Below are positions 36,248 to 45,570 of a stretch of 64,000 nucleotides of DNA, piece by piece; within the stretch, counting starts at the first letter, position 1, and every line of letters begins with the position of its first letter. This stretch comes from Bacteroidales bacterium. GTDB lineage: Bacteria; Bacteroidota; Bacteroidia; Bacteroidales; ML635J-15. A program made the translations under genes and the position numbers. The stretch lies in the NCBI GenBank assembly GCA_016937855.1, contig JAFGVU010000123.1:4332-68331 (forward strand), read 5' to 3'. The notes beneath the pieces are model-generated. The model worked only from the letters and a program-made list of their open reading frames with translations, was not told the origin of the DNA and did not search any database.

Positions 36248-37504
36248 ATGATAAAGAAAATAATTTTGGTTTTACTTGTGTTGTCTGCGACATACTCCTT
36301 AGCAAAAGCGCAAACAACCGCAAATGATGTAATTGGTCGTGATGCCCCTAATACAATAACTACTACAGTGCCGTTTTTATTAATTGCTCCAGACTCTCGT
36401 GCCGGAGGTCTTGGTGATGCAGGTGTGGCAACAACTCCTGATGTTAATTCAATGCACTGGAATCCTGCAAAATATAGCTTTATTCAAAATGATGTGGGTG
36501 TTGCAATATCTTATACTCCATGGCTACGTCAGTTGGTTTCCGACATGAACTTAGCTTACGTTTCTGCTTATAAAAGAATAAACAAAGAGAATGTATTTTC
36601 TGCTTCTCTTTTGTATTTTGACTTAGGGAGTATTCAATTTCGTGATATAAATAATGCCTTGTTGAGAGACTTTACACCACACGAATTTTCACTTGATTTG
36701 GGATATTCAAGATTATTGGGCGAAAAATTTTCAGGTTCGGTTGCAATGAGATTTATTTATTCTAATCTTACGGGTGGTATCGAAGTGCAAGGAAGTGAAT
36801 CGTTTCCCGGAAAAACTGTCGCTGCTGATGTCGCTTTTTTCTATCATAACGATGAAATTGAAATAGGAGGAATGCCTGGTACATTAATGTGGGGATTAAA
36901 TATTTCGAACATAGGTGCGAAAATTTCATACACTACTAACGAATACAGAGATTTTATACCAACAAACTTTAGAACAGGTGTTGGATATTTAATGAAACTT
37001 GATGATCATAATGAATTTATGGTAGCTGTTGATATAAATAAGCTCTTAGTGCCAACCCCTCCGGTATATTATAACTCAGGGGATGTTTTGCCAAATGGAG
37101 ACACTGTATTGCCAAGCGATGAGATAATAAAATATGGGAAAGACCCGAACATCTCAATTGGTGCGTCTATGTTTAGCTCATGGACAGATGCTCCCGGAGT
37201 TGCAACGGCTTTTGTAAAAGACAATCAACCATCTCCATTTCGCGAAGAGCTTGCCGAGTTTACAATTTCAGCCGGATTGGAGTATTGGTACGACAGACAA
37301 TTTGCTTTAAGACTCGGATATTTTAACGAACATGAATATAAAGGAAATCGTAAATATTTTACTGTTGGTGCCGGTCTTAAAATGAATGTGTTTGGGCTCG
37401 ATTTTGCTTATCTTATCCCAACAACTCAGGCAAATCCTTTGCAGAACACTTTGAGGTTTACCTTAACATTTGATGTTGGTGGACTCGCTGACGAAAAATC
37501 ATAA
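36248..37504 (+). CDS. porV: T9SS outer-membrane shuttle protein PorV (LptO)
   Basis: Signal peptide, then PorV-typical PFLLIAPDSRAGGLGDAGVAT...MHWNPAKY and a FadL-like beta-barrel remainder. Directly follows porU. Start moved to 36248. Confidence 0.85.
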   Translation: MIKKIILVLLVLSATYSLAKAQTTANDVIGRDAPNTITTTVPFLLIAPDSRAGGLGDAGVATTPDVNSMHWNPAKYSFIQNDVGVAISYTPWLRQLVSDMNLAYVSAYKRINKENVFSASLLYFDLGSIQFRDINNALLRDFTPHEFSLDLGYSRLLGEKFSGSVAMRFIYSNLTGGIEVQGSESFPGKTVAADVAFFYHNDEIEIGGMPGTLMWGLNISNIGAKISYTTNEYRDFIPTNFRTGVGYLMKLDDHNEFMVAVDINKLLVPTPPVYYNSGDVLPNGDTVLPSDEIIKYGKDPNISIGASMFSSWTDAPGVATAFVKDNQPSPFREELAEFTISAGLEYWYDRQFALRLGYFNEHEYKGNRKYFTVGAGLKMNVFGLDFAYLIPTTQANPLQNTLRFTLTFDVGGLADEKS

Positions 37505-37505
37505 A

Positions 37506-37997
37506 ATGAACTTTAGAGTTGGCAACGGATATGATGTTCATGTCCTTAAAACAGGATTAGATTTTTGGCTTGGTGGTATAAAAATTCCTCATACTAAAGG
37601 TAGTGTTGCTCATTCGGATGGAGATGTACTTATTCATGCTATTTGTGATGCTCTTTTAGGGGCAGCTGCATTGAGAGATATCGGTTATCATTTCCCTGAT
37701 ACGAGTTCTGAGTATAAGAATATTGATAGTAAAATACTATTAAAAAAAACACACGAAATTCTTATTCGTGAAGGATATAAAATATCAAATATTGATTCGA
37801 CAATAAGTCTTCAAAAGCCAAAAATCAAAAACTATATACCAGAGATGATAAAAACACTTGCTTCTGTTCTTAAGCTAGAAGAGAATCAACTATCTGTTAA
37901 AGCAACAACAACAGAAGGTCTTGGTTTCGAAGGAAGAGAAGAGGGGGTGAGCGCAATAGCAACAGTTTTGATTTATAAAGATGAAACTACTAATTAA
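37506..37997 (+). CDS. ispF: 2-C-methyl-D-erythritol 2,4-cyclodiphosphate synthase
   Basis: MNFRVGNGYDVHVL...HSDGDVLIHAICDALLGA...DIGYHFPD are canonical IspF motifs. The ATG lies 1 nt after the porV stop; the ORF-track extension from 37470 overlaps porV and is rejected. Confidence 0.95.
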   Translation: MNFRVGNGYDVHVLKTGLDFWLGGIKIPHTKGSVAHSDGDVLIHAICDALLGAAALRDIGYHFPDTSSEYKNIDSKILLKKTHEILIREGYKISNIDSTISLQKPKIKNYIPEMIKTLASVLKLEENQLSVKATTTEGLGFEGREEGVSAIATVLIYKDETTN

Positions 37998-38304
37998 TAG
38001 TATCGAGGAGTTAAATGAGCTCAAAATAGAAGACAAGCTTAGTTTTATTTATTTTAAAAATGATAAATGCTCTGTTTGTGATTCTTTATTACCACAATTA
38101 CAGAAATTTGCCGATAAATGGGGCGAAAAAGTTTATGTCGTGGATTGTTTCGAGTATCCTGAAATTGCAGCTCAAAATCTTGTTATGAGTGTGCCTGCTC
38201 TAAAAGTATATTTTGCGGGACAAGAAGTTATTAGTATGATTCGGTTTGTTGACTTGGCAAAACTGGAAACTGAATATCAGAGAATAAAGGGGCTAATAGA
38301 CTAA
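37981..38304 (+). CDS. Thioredoxin-fold protein
   Basis: 107 aa with a CSVC (CxxC) motif in thioredoxin-like context (FIYFKNDKCSVCDSLLPQL...VPALKVY). Overlaps the ispF 3' end by 17 nt. Confidence 0.7.
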   Translation: MKLLINSIEELNELKIEDKLSFIYFKNDKCSVCDSLLPQLQKFADKWGEKVYVVDCFEYPEIAAQNLVMSVPALKVYFAGQEVISMIRFVDLAKLETEYQRIKGLID

Positions 38305-38330
38305 CTTGTAATTTTGAACTTTTATAAACG

Positions 38331-38888
38331 TTAGCGGTAATAGCTACTATCTTTTAGAAATAAATCATCATGATGTCCAAATTTGATCTCAGCATCACTA
38401 TTTCGTGTGCTTTTTATACAATCAATTGACGGCAGGTATGGTTTGATATCTAATATTGGTGAATTGTCAAAGGCATCAACTCCCGAAACAAACAGAACTC
38501 CATTCTCAATTTTATCCAGTTTAACTATTGAAAAACCTATTGCATTTGGTCTTTTAGGACTGCGTGTTGCAAAAACTCCGAACTGTATATTCGGGTCGGA
38601 GCCTGGAGGTTTAATAATTGTATCCCAGGTTCGAACTTCATGAAAATGGTATAAAACAATAATGTATTCAAATTCCTCTAAATACTTTAATCCAGAGACA
38701 TAATCTTTATAAATAGTAATTGTTCCTTTAGTGTTTTGGAAAAGTATTCCTTGTCTTGGTGCACCAGTAAAAGGCGTATAGTATGTGTTAAAAACTCCTA
38801 TTGGGTTGTAATATATTGTTGAATCACTTTGTGCTAATACTAAAATGTTAGAGCAAGCAAAGAGTGCAATTAGAAAGATTTTTTTCAT
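38331..38888 (-). CDS. TsaA/TrmO-fold (UPF0066) protein with N-terminal signal peptide
   Basis: TsaA-type motifs NPIGVF...APRQG, ATRSPKRPNAIG and SPILDIKPYLP. They are preceded by MKKIFLIALFACSNILVLAQ. Confidence 0.75.
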   Translation of the reverse strand: MKKIFLIALFACSNILVLAQSDSTIYYNPIGVFNTYYTPFTGAPRQGILFQNTKGTITIYKDYVSGLKYLEEFEYIIVLYHFHEVRTWDTIIKPPGSDPNIQFGVFATRSPKRPNAIGFSIVKLDKIENGVLFVSGVDAFDNSPILDIKPYLPSIDCIKSTRNSDAEIKFGHHDDLFLKDSSYYR

Positions 38889-38944
38889 AGCCTTAAGTTG
38901 AAATAATACAACTATAACAATGAAATAACACCTTTGTTGGATAA

Positions 38945-39760
38945 TTATTTTTGACTTTTATCCAAAATATAGCTATAATATTTGAAAACGCCTGTTGCAA
39001 AATTATTGTATCTTGATGTTCCTACTGTTCCTGCAAAAGTTTTAAATGATTTTCTAAGGATTTTTGGCGTTTTAGTATCAATTAAGTGTTCGCGTCTGGC
39101 AGAATCTTTTTCTAGTGCGGCAACAACATTAGGAGAGATGTCTGTTTCGGTTGTAATAATAAACCCTGCCTTATTAAATTTGTTTTTTAATCCTTCCAAC
39201 TCTTCAGGATAGACCATGTCAGCTAATAATAGTTTTCCATTTGGTTTTAAAACACGAAATACTTCGCTAAAGAAAGCATCTTGATTATTATAACATCTGG
39301 CAGATTCGACGTTAACAACAAAGTCGAATGTGTTGTCGTCAAATGGTAACTTTTCGGCATTTCCACATTTAAAGGATAGGTCTTCTACATCTTTATAATG
39401 ATTGTTGCAAAAATCGATACTACTTGGTGTGATATCCATTCCTGTATAGCTTTTGGGCTTGTAATATCGTGTTATGTATGACGCGCCGCCGCCTCTGCCT
39501 GAACCAACCTCGAGTATGTCTTTGCCTTCTATTTCGGCTTTGTTAACTACATGATCGTAAAGTTGAATACAATATCTATCTGTTTCATCATTATTTTGAA
39601 GTTGAATCTCAGGGTCTCCATTTAAATATGAGAAACCGTAATTCATAAAGTTGGCGATGTTGTCGCCATCATACTTATTCATCTTTTTATGCCACCACTG
39701 CCATAATGGTTTGCGAAATGGTTTTGGCAATTCTGCATATTTTTCTACTATTCTTGACAT
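38945..39760 (-). CDS. Class I SAM-dependent methyltransferase
   Basis: Motif I ILEVGSGRGGGA, post-I DITPS, and FDFVVNVES / LKPNGKLLLAD blocks. Confidence 0.8.
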   Translation of the reverse strand: MSRIVEKYAELPKPFRKPLWQWWHKKMNKYDGDNIANFMNYGFSYLNGDPEIQLQNNDETDRYCIQLYDHVVNKAEIEGKDILEVGSGRGGGASYITRYYKPKSYTGMDITPSSIDFCNNHYKDVEDLSFKCGNAEKLPFDDNTFDFVVNVESARCYNNQDAFFSEVFRVLKPNGKLLLADMVYPEELEGLKNKFNKAGFIITTETDISPNVVAALEKDSARREHLIDTKTPKILRKSFKTFAGTVGTSRYNNFATGVFKYYSYILDKSQK

Positions 39761-39939
39761 TTGTTAAATTTTTCTAAAAGTTACTAAATCGTTAAATTCA
39801 CCAATAAACCGAATTGCATATTCCGTTCGATAATGAAATTAGGCGCAAATGTACAACTATTTTTTAATTGAATGTTATTGTATTACTGTTAATTCTTCAA
39901 CTTAATGCTTTAAGGTGTTAAAATGGCATTATTATGAGA

Positions 39940-42027
39940 TTATTTTACAATCTTTAAAGCGCGATTAACAGCCTCAAGAGTAGGGTTTCCTGAAATTTCA
40001 CTTCCAACAGCACCTTTCATCCATTCTTGAGGAATTATTTGTCCCTGTAGCAGCATTCTTGTGATTTCGTCAGCAAACTGTTTGTCTTTAACATATTGCT
40101 CTATTTGGAATTCAATTAAATGGCCAACAGGATAATTCGCTAAATACAGTGGAGATGTTATCATGTGTGAATAAATAGCAAGAATTGGAGAGTCTTTAAC
40201 CCCAAAAATTGGATAATAGTAATTGTTCCATACTTCGATGGCAATTCTTTCGACTGCTTGCTGAAGTTCTTTTGGATTACAATCCGGATTTTCGTACATC
40301 CATTGCCAAACATACATATCGAGAAGAGAAACGCCCATAATTTCGTAGGCACTCCAACAGTTGTCTAGCGCAGCAAGTGCTTCTGCTTCCTCAATATTAC
40401 TTGGGTTGGCTTGTCCTAGCAGTTTTAAATCGTTTGCCTGAAAAAGAAAAGCTACAGCTTCGGTAAAAGCAGTGTTTGGAACGCCTCTTAGCATATAGTA
40501 GTCTATGTCGTAAAGAGTAATTGTTTGCTCAACGTTATGCCCAAGCTCATGAGTTGCAATATTATAACCTTTATAATCCATTCCTGTTTCGGGAACTCTT
40601 GTTCTTAAATGAGCATTGTCACCTTTCATTTCCGAACCCCATGCATGACCCGCTCCGCGAGCAGGATCAACACTAATTTTATTAGCTATATAGTTAGCTT
40701 TTTCTCTTGACCAACCCAGATCGATAAGAATACGTGGAATGTCTTTTTCGTAAGCTTGGGAATTTGGATATTTTCTTCTGGTAATTTTATTTAGCTCTTC
40801 TTCGTTGATATTTGCACGCGATTTAAATCCATCGTACCAAATGTCGAATGGCTCGAGATCTCTTCCAAGTCTTTGCTTTATGAGTTTAGCTACTTCTGCA
40901 ATTTGGGGCGAAGTAATGAATTCAATAAACAAATCTTCAATTTCTTGCCTCGTTAATTCCATTGATTGGTCATAAGCTCTTTCGATATATGTAGGGTAAA
41001 TGGGGTTGTATTTATCCATTGCAGATTGTGCCTTGAAATTTTGCAATAAATGTTCGTAGCGAGTGTATGGCTCAGCAGTAAAACTAATTTCTGCACCATC
41101 TTTAAATAATTTGTTTGTAATTGGGTTCCATTGATGAGCTCCAGAATTTATGACTTCCTGAGGTATGGTTTGACGAACAATATTTAACATCACTTGATAA
41201 ATCATTTTTTGTTTCTCAAGACCGTTCTCTAAATTATAGTTCGACTTTAACTCATCACGTAATCCCCAATGTGTGATTAGCTTCATTTCATCAGGAAATA
41301 ATTGAACCATGTCTTGATTAACAAGTTTTCCCATAAAAATATTGTAATCTGCAATATACGTGTCGGCATTTGTTGCAGCAACAGAAGCATTTTGCATTAT
41401 ATCAGCCGGAACACGAGAAATAAACATGTCACCCATTCTTGCATAAGCCCAATCTTGACGAGTCCACTCCACAGATTTTTCTGACTTCTCTTTTAAGGAG
41501 TATGATGGAAAATTGAGAGCAATATAAAAAGCCATTTTATTTGCAAAAAGGTCATCGGTAAGATGTGACGACGGAGAATATGATCCCATAATATTGTCAA
41601 TATAGTGTATTTCGCCCATATCAAGGTGTAAAGGTTCCATCAGTTTTATCGACATTGTGTTGTACATTCCAAATAAAATCTCAAAATTTCTCTCAATTTT
41701 ATTATATGCAACGGATAGTTCAACAGGGTCGCTAATAAAATTATCGATGCAGTATCTTTGAAAGTCTTCGACACTTCCATCTTTATCTTGCCATAAAGAA
41801 GCAACTTGTTTCACTCCCTTTTCTATTCTAAAAGATTCTTTGTCAGTGTGTTTTTCCTTTAAAGACCTTATAGTTTCCTCGATAGTTTCGTCCGAAATGT
41901 CAAAATCAAAATTGTTGTCTTGACTTTTAGGTTGCTCGGGGCTTGAGCAAGAAAAAGAAATGACTAAAATTATTGCAATAGGAATGATTTTTTTTGTTTT
42001 CATTGTTTTATTTTTTTTGTTAAACAA
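39940..42027 (-). CDS. Putative zinc metallopeptidase lipoprotein (M3/oligoendopeptidase-like)
   Basis: Lipobox ISFSCSS. HEXXH motif in ATHELGHNVEQ with a downstream Glu (NTAFTEAVAFLFQ), spaced as in M3-type enzymes. An alternative start is the Met at 42003. Confidence 0.6.
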   Translation of the reverse strand: MFNKKNKTMKTKKIIPIAIILVISFSCSSPEQPKSQDNNFDFDISDETIEETIRSLKEKHTDKESFRIEKGVKQVASLWQDKDGSVEDFQRYCIDNFISDPVELSVAYNKIERNFEILFGMYNTMSIKLMEPLHLDMGEIHYIDNIMGSYSPSSHLTDDLFANKMAFYIALNFPSYSLKEKSEKSVEWTRQDWAYARMGDMFISRVPADIMQNASVAATNADTYIADYNIFMGKLVNQDMVQLFPDEMKLITHWGLRDELKSNYNLENGLEKQKMIYQVMLNIVRQTIPQEVINSGAHQWNPITNKLFKDGAEISFTAEPYTRYEHLLQNFKAQSAMDKYNPIYPTYIERAYDQSMELTRQEIEDLFIEFITSPQIAEVAKLIKQRLGRDLEPFDIWYDGFKSRANINEEELNKITRRKYPNSQAYEKDIPRILIDLGWSREKANYIANKISVDPARGAGHAWGSEMKGDNAHLRTRVPETGMDYKGYNIATHELGHNVEQTITLYDIDYYMLRGVPNTAFTEAVAFLFQANDLKLLGQANPSNIEEAEALAALDNCWSAYEIMGVSLLDMYVWQWMYENPDCNPKELQQAVERIAIEVWNNYYYPIFGVKDSPILAIYSHMITSPLYLANYPVGHLIEFQIEQYVKDKQFADEITRMLLQGQIIPQEWMKGAVGSEISGNPTLEAVNRALKIVK

Positions 42028-42052
42028 TTTTATAGTTTCAAAAAATATTGAA

Positions 42053-44065
42053 TTAGAATAGATTATTTATTAAGTCGTCGTCAGCAAACTGTGGGATAGT
42101 TACCTTTAAATTTGGGTTCTGTTCCATTGCACGTTTAATTGCAAATACAGCCCCATCGTTTCTTGCCCAACTTCTTCGACTAATTCCATTATTGACATCC
42201 CAATGTAGCATCATTTTTAATCTGCGTTCGGAGTCCTCGGTGCCGTCTAGTACCATGCCAAATCCACCGTTTATTACTTCACCCCATCCAACACCACCGC
42301 CGTTGTGGATTGATACCCATGTTGCGCCTCTGAATGAATCTCCTATAACATTTTGAATTGCCATATCAGCAGTGAACTGGCTTCCATCGTATATGTTAGA
42401 TGTTTCGCGGAAAGGAGAATCTGTTCCTGAAACGTCGTGGTGGTCTCGTCCTAAAACGACAGGTGCTTTTAGTTCCCCTGATTTTATTGCATCATTAAAT
42501 GCTTTAGCAATTTTTATTCTGCCTTCTGCGTCGGCATATAATATTCTCGCTTGTGAACCAACGACTAATTTGTTTGCTTTAGCTTCACGTATCCATTTAA
42601 TATTGTCTTCCATTTGTTGGGATATCTCAATAGGAGCTGTTTTTGCAATTTCTTGCAGGACATTCATTGCAATGTTGTCGGTTAGTTCGAGATCTGCCGG
42701 GTCGCTCGATGTACATACCCATCTAAATGGACCAAATCCGTAATCAAAACACATAGGACCCATAATATCTTGGACGTATGATGGATACCTAAAATCTATA
42801 CCGTTTGCGGCCATAATATCGGCACCAGCGCGAGAACTTTCGAGTAAAAATGCGTTACCATAATCGAAGAAGTACATTCCGTTTTGAGTTAAGGTATTAA
42901 TTGCATTAACCTGACGTCTAAGTGATTGGTGTACTTTTTCTTTGAATAACTCGGGATTTTTAGACATTATTTCATTAGCTTCTTGGTAGGTTAATCCGGC
43001 AGGGTAATATCCCCCTGCCCAAGGGTTGTGAAGAGATGTTTGGTCGCTTCCCAGGTCAACTTTTATTTTACGCTCAGCGAGGCGTTCCCATAAATCAACA
43101 ATGTTTCCTAAAAATGCAATTGAGTGAGCTTCTTTTTTGTTTTGCCATTCGAGTGCTGTGTCGATAGTTTTGTCAACGTCTTCAATAATTTCGTCCACCC
43201 AACCTTGCTCGTGGCGTTTGTGAGCTGCTTTGGGGTTTATTTCGGCACAAATACTAACAACTCCGGCAATATTTGCAGCTTTTGGCTGTGCTCCACTCAT
43301 ACCACCAAGTCCTGATGTTACGAATAGTTTTCCTTCGATACCTTCGCCGGCTTTGCTGATTTTACGACTTGCATTTAAAACCGTTATTGTGGTTCCGTGA
43401 ACAATTCCTTGTGGTCCGATATACATATATGAACCTGCTGTCATTTGTCCGTATTGAGTAACGCCTAAAGCGTTGAACTTTTCCCAATCGTCTGGCTTTG
43501 AGTAATTTGGAATCATCATACCATTTGTTACAACAACTCGTGGGGCATCTTTATGTGAAGGAAATAATCCCATTGGATGTCCGGAGTACATAACTAATGT
43601 TTGCTCATCAGTCATCTCCGACAAATATTTCATTGTAAGAAGATATTGAGCCCAGTTTTGAAAAACTGCACCATTACCACCGTAGGTAATCAACTCGTGT
43701 GGATGCTGTGCTACAGCATAATCTAAGTTGTTCGAAATCATCAGCATTATTGCTGCTGCTTGTACAGTTTTATGAGGAAACCAACTTATGTCTTTGGCTG
43801 TAATGTCATATTTGGGGCGAAAACGGTACATGTATATGCGACCATATTTGTCGAGCTCAGCTTTAAACTCTGGTGCGAGTTCTGCATGTAATTTTTCCGG
43901 AAAATATCTTAATGCGTTGCGTAAAGCAAGCTTTTTTTCTTCGATTGTTAAAATTTGTTTACGAATAGGAGCATGATTAATGTTTTCGTCATTTTGTGCC
44001 GGAGCTGGTAAAACATCGGGAATGCCTTGAGAAATAAGCTTTTTGAATTCGTCTTTTGTTAACAT
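42053..44065 (-). CDS. hutU: Urocanate hydratase (long form)
   Basis: Conserved urocanase blocks throughout: GLGGMSGAQPKA, YPSYVQDIMGP, GRDHHDVSGTDSPFRETSN, HNGGGVGWGEV. Confidence 0.95.
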   Translation of the reverse strand: MLTKDEFKKLISQGIPDVLPAPAQNDENINHAPIRKQILTIEEKKLALRNALRYFPEKLHAELAPEFKAELDKYGRIYMYRFRPKYDITAKDISWFPHKTVQAAAIMLMISNNLDYAVAQHPHELITYGGNGAVFQNWAQYLLTMKYLSEMTDEQTLVMYSGHPMGLFPSHKDAPRVVVTNGMMIPNYSKPDDWEKFNALGVTQYGQMTAGSYMYIGPQGIVHGTTITVLNASRKISKAGEGIEGKLFVTSGLGGMSGAQPKAANIAGVVSICAEINPKAAHKRHEQGWVDEIIEDVDKTIDTALEWQNKKEAHSIAFLGNIVDLWERLAERKIKVDLGSDQTSLHNPWAGGYYPAGLTYQEANEIMSKNPELFKEKVHQSLRRQVNAINTLTQNGMYFFDYGNAFLLESSRAGADIMAANGIDFRYPSYVQDIMGPMCFDYGFGPFRWVCTSSDPADLELTDNIAMNVLQEIAKTAPIEISQQMEDNIKWIREAKANKLVVGSQARILYADAEGRIKIAKAFNDAIKSGELKAPVVLGRDHHDVSGTDSPFRETSNIYDGSQFTADMAIQNVIGDSFRGATWVSIHNGGGVGWGEVINGGFGMVLDGTEDSERRLKMMLHWDVNNGISRRSWARNDGAVFAIKRAMEQNPNLKVTIPQFADDDLINNLF

Positions 44066-44141
44066 GATTATATATTTTTTAAATTATTTTCAGGGCTTAA
44101 AGTTATTAAAAAGAAATAATAAAAAAAATGCATTTTGACAT

Positions 44142-44170
44142 AAAAAAAGAGCCCACAATATGCAGGCTCT
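44142..44170 (-). terminator. Rho-independent terminator of the lipoprotein array
   Basis: On the minus strand an AGAGCC...GGCTCT stem is followed by a T7 run, about 20 nt after the stop at 44191. Confidence 0.65.
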
Positions 44171-44190
44171 TAATTATCATTTCAATAAGA

Positions 44191-44610
44191 TTAAACTTTT
44201 TCGTAACGGAATTGCCACATGCCAAATATTCCTGCATCTTCCAATATCCATAATTCTTTTGTAGTTAATCTCAAAATTGTAGCTTCATCCCATTCGTCAG
44301 CTCCTGTGTCTTTAAACATCAAAATGGTTTTGTCATCATTAAATTGCCATTCAATATCGTCGGTTGTAGTGCCTGAGCCAAGAGTAGTGCTTCTTGTTCC
44401 TGTACCGTCTGCATCAAATTTGAATTCAATTTGCAAAGTGCCATCTTGGAGTTCGTCGTTGATGTAGAGCTCAGCTTGTTCCCATGTTCCTTTAATTCTG
44501 TTTTCGGCAGGGATAACAGTAAATCCGGGACCTTCGTCGTAAGTAGTACAAGCACTAAATACACCAATTAATGATAATGCGATAATGCCTATAATAATAA
44601 ATCTTTTCAT
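44191..44610 (-). CDS. Lipocalin-like-domain small lipoprotein (paralog 4 of 4)
   Basis: Lipobox VFSAC. Shared family blocks IKGTWEQ, IEWQFNDDKT, ILRLTTKELWILE. Confidence 0.75.
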   Translation of the reverse strand: MKRFIIIGIIALSLIGVFSACTTYDEGPGFTVIPAENRIKGTWEQAELYINDELQDGTLQIEFKFDADGTGTRSTTLGSGTTTDDIEWQFNDDKTILMFKDTGADEWDEATILRLTTKELWILEDAGIFGMWQFRYEKV

Positions 44611-44614
44611 TTTA

Positions 44615-45064
44615 TTATTCTTTTACCATTTTGGTTACAGTAACAATCTCTAGGCCGCCTTCTGTGTCTGTCTCTTCCATCCAGCACTCAGAGTTTGTTA
44701 ATCTAATTATTTTGCTTTCAGCCCACTCTGTGTCCCATTCACCTGTTATAGGATCTTTTGATTTAACTCTTAAATTTTCTTTTGTGTCATCAAATTCCCA
44801 TTCAATATCACTTGTGAAAGTCAATCCACCCCATCCGAATTCTCCTGAACCGGTACCATCTTTTTCAAGCGTGTATTTCATTGTAACACCGGTAATGTCT
44901 TGAACTGAATCATTTGCAGTCATTTCGCTTAACGTCCAAGTTCCTGTAATTCTAGCTTTTTTTGTTAAAAGTGAGAAAGCAGGTCCTTCATCATATTTAC
45001 CACAAGATGAGAAAATCATTGCTGTTGCAGCAACAATTGTTAAAATAATAGCTAATTTTTTCAT
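44615..45064 (-). CDS. Lipocalin-like-domain small lipoprotein (paralog 3 of 4)
   Basis: Lipobox FSSC. Blocks ITGTWTL, IEWEFDDTKENL, IIRLTNSECWMEE. Confidence 0.75.
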   Translation of the reverse strand: MKKLAIILTIVAATAMIFSSCGKYDEGPAFSLLTKKARITGTWTLSEMTANDSVQDITGVTMKYTLEKDGTGSGEFGWGGLTFTSDIEWEFDDTKENLRVKSKDPITGEWDTEWAESKIIRLTNSECWMEETDTEGGLEIVTVTKMVKE

Positions 45065-45129
45065 AAGAAATTAATTTTTAGTTAGTAATAATTGATTATT
45101 TTTATGCGAATATATATTAAAAATTTGGA

Positions 45130-45570
45130 TTATTGTTCAATTAAGTGAATTTCTGTTTTTTCTGCAGAATTATCATCAATAAACCAAAATTCTTTTTTAG
45201 TAAGTCGGATTATTGTTTTGTAATTGCTCCAGTTACTCCATTGGTCGTTTTGTCCTTTTACTCTTTCTCTAAAGTTTTCTTTTTTCTCGTCAAATTCCCA
45301 TTCTAAATCGCTTATGTTTGTATGATCAATAACTGTAATATATTGCTTGCCTGTGCCATCTGCATTATATACGAGGCGATATTCACTTATACCCATATCT
45401 GCTAAACTGACAACTTCTTCGTTAATATAGTAAACATCAACAGTATAATCTCCAACAATTCTTTTTTCGGGAGAACTAAAACTAATCATAGGTCCATCCT
45501 CATATTTACTGCATGAGGCCAAAACTATTGATAAAGCTATTATCGAAAGTGTTATGATTTTATATTTCAT
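45130..45570 (-). CDS. Lipocalin-like-domain small lipoprotein (paralog 2 of 4)
   Basis: Lipobox LASC. Blocks IVGDYTV, LEWEFDEKKENF, IIRLTKKEFWFID. The start overlaps the upstream paralog's stop by 4 nt (ATGA). Confidence 0.75.
   Translation of the reverse strand: MKYKIITLSIIALSIVLASCSKYEDGPMISFSSPEKRIVGDYTVDVYYINEEVVSLADMGISEYRLVYNADGTGKQYITVIDHTNISDLEWEFDEKKENFRERVKGQNDQWSNWSNYKTIIRLTKKEFWFIDDNSAEKTEIHLIEQ

Noticed and set aside
42372-42743. 123-aa ORF antisense to hutU, with similar ones at 43124-43315 and 43788-43976
   Set aside because: hutU is conserved end to end on the minus strand. The antisense frames are open only because of codon bias.
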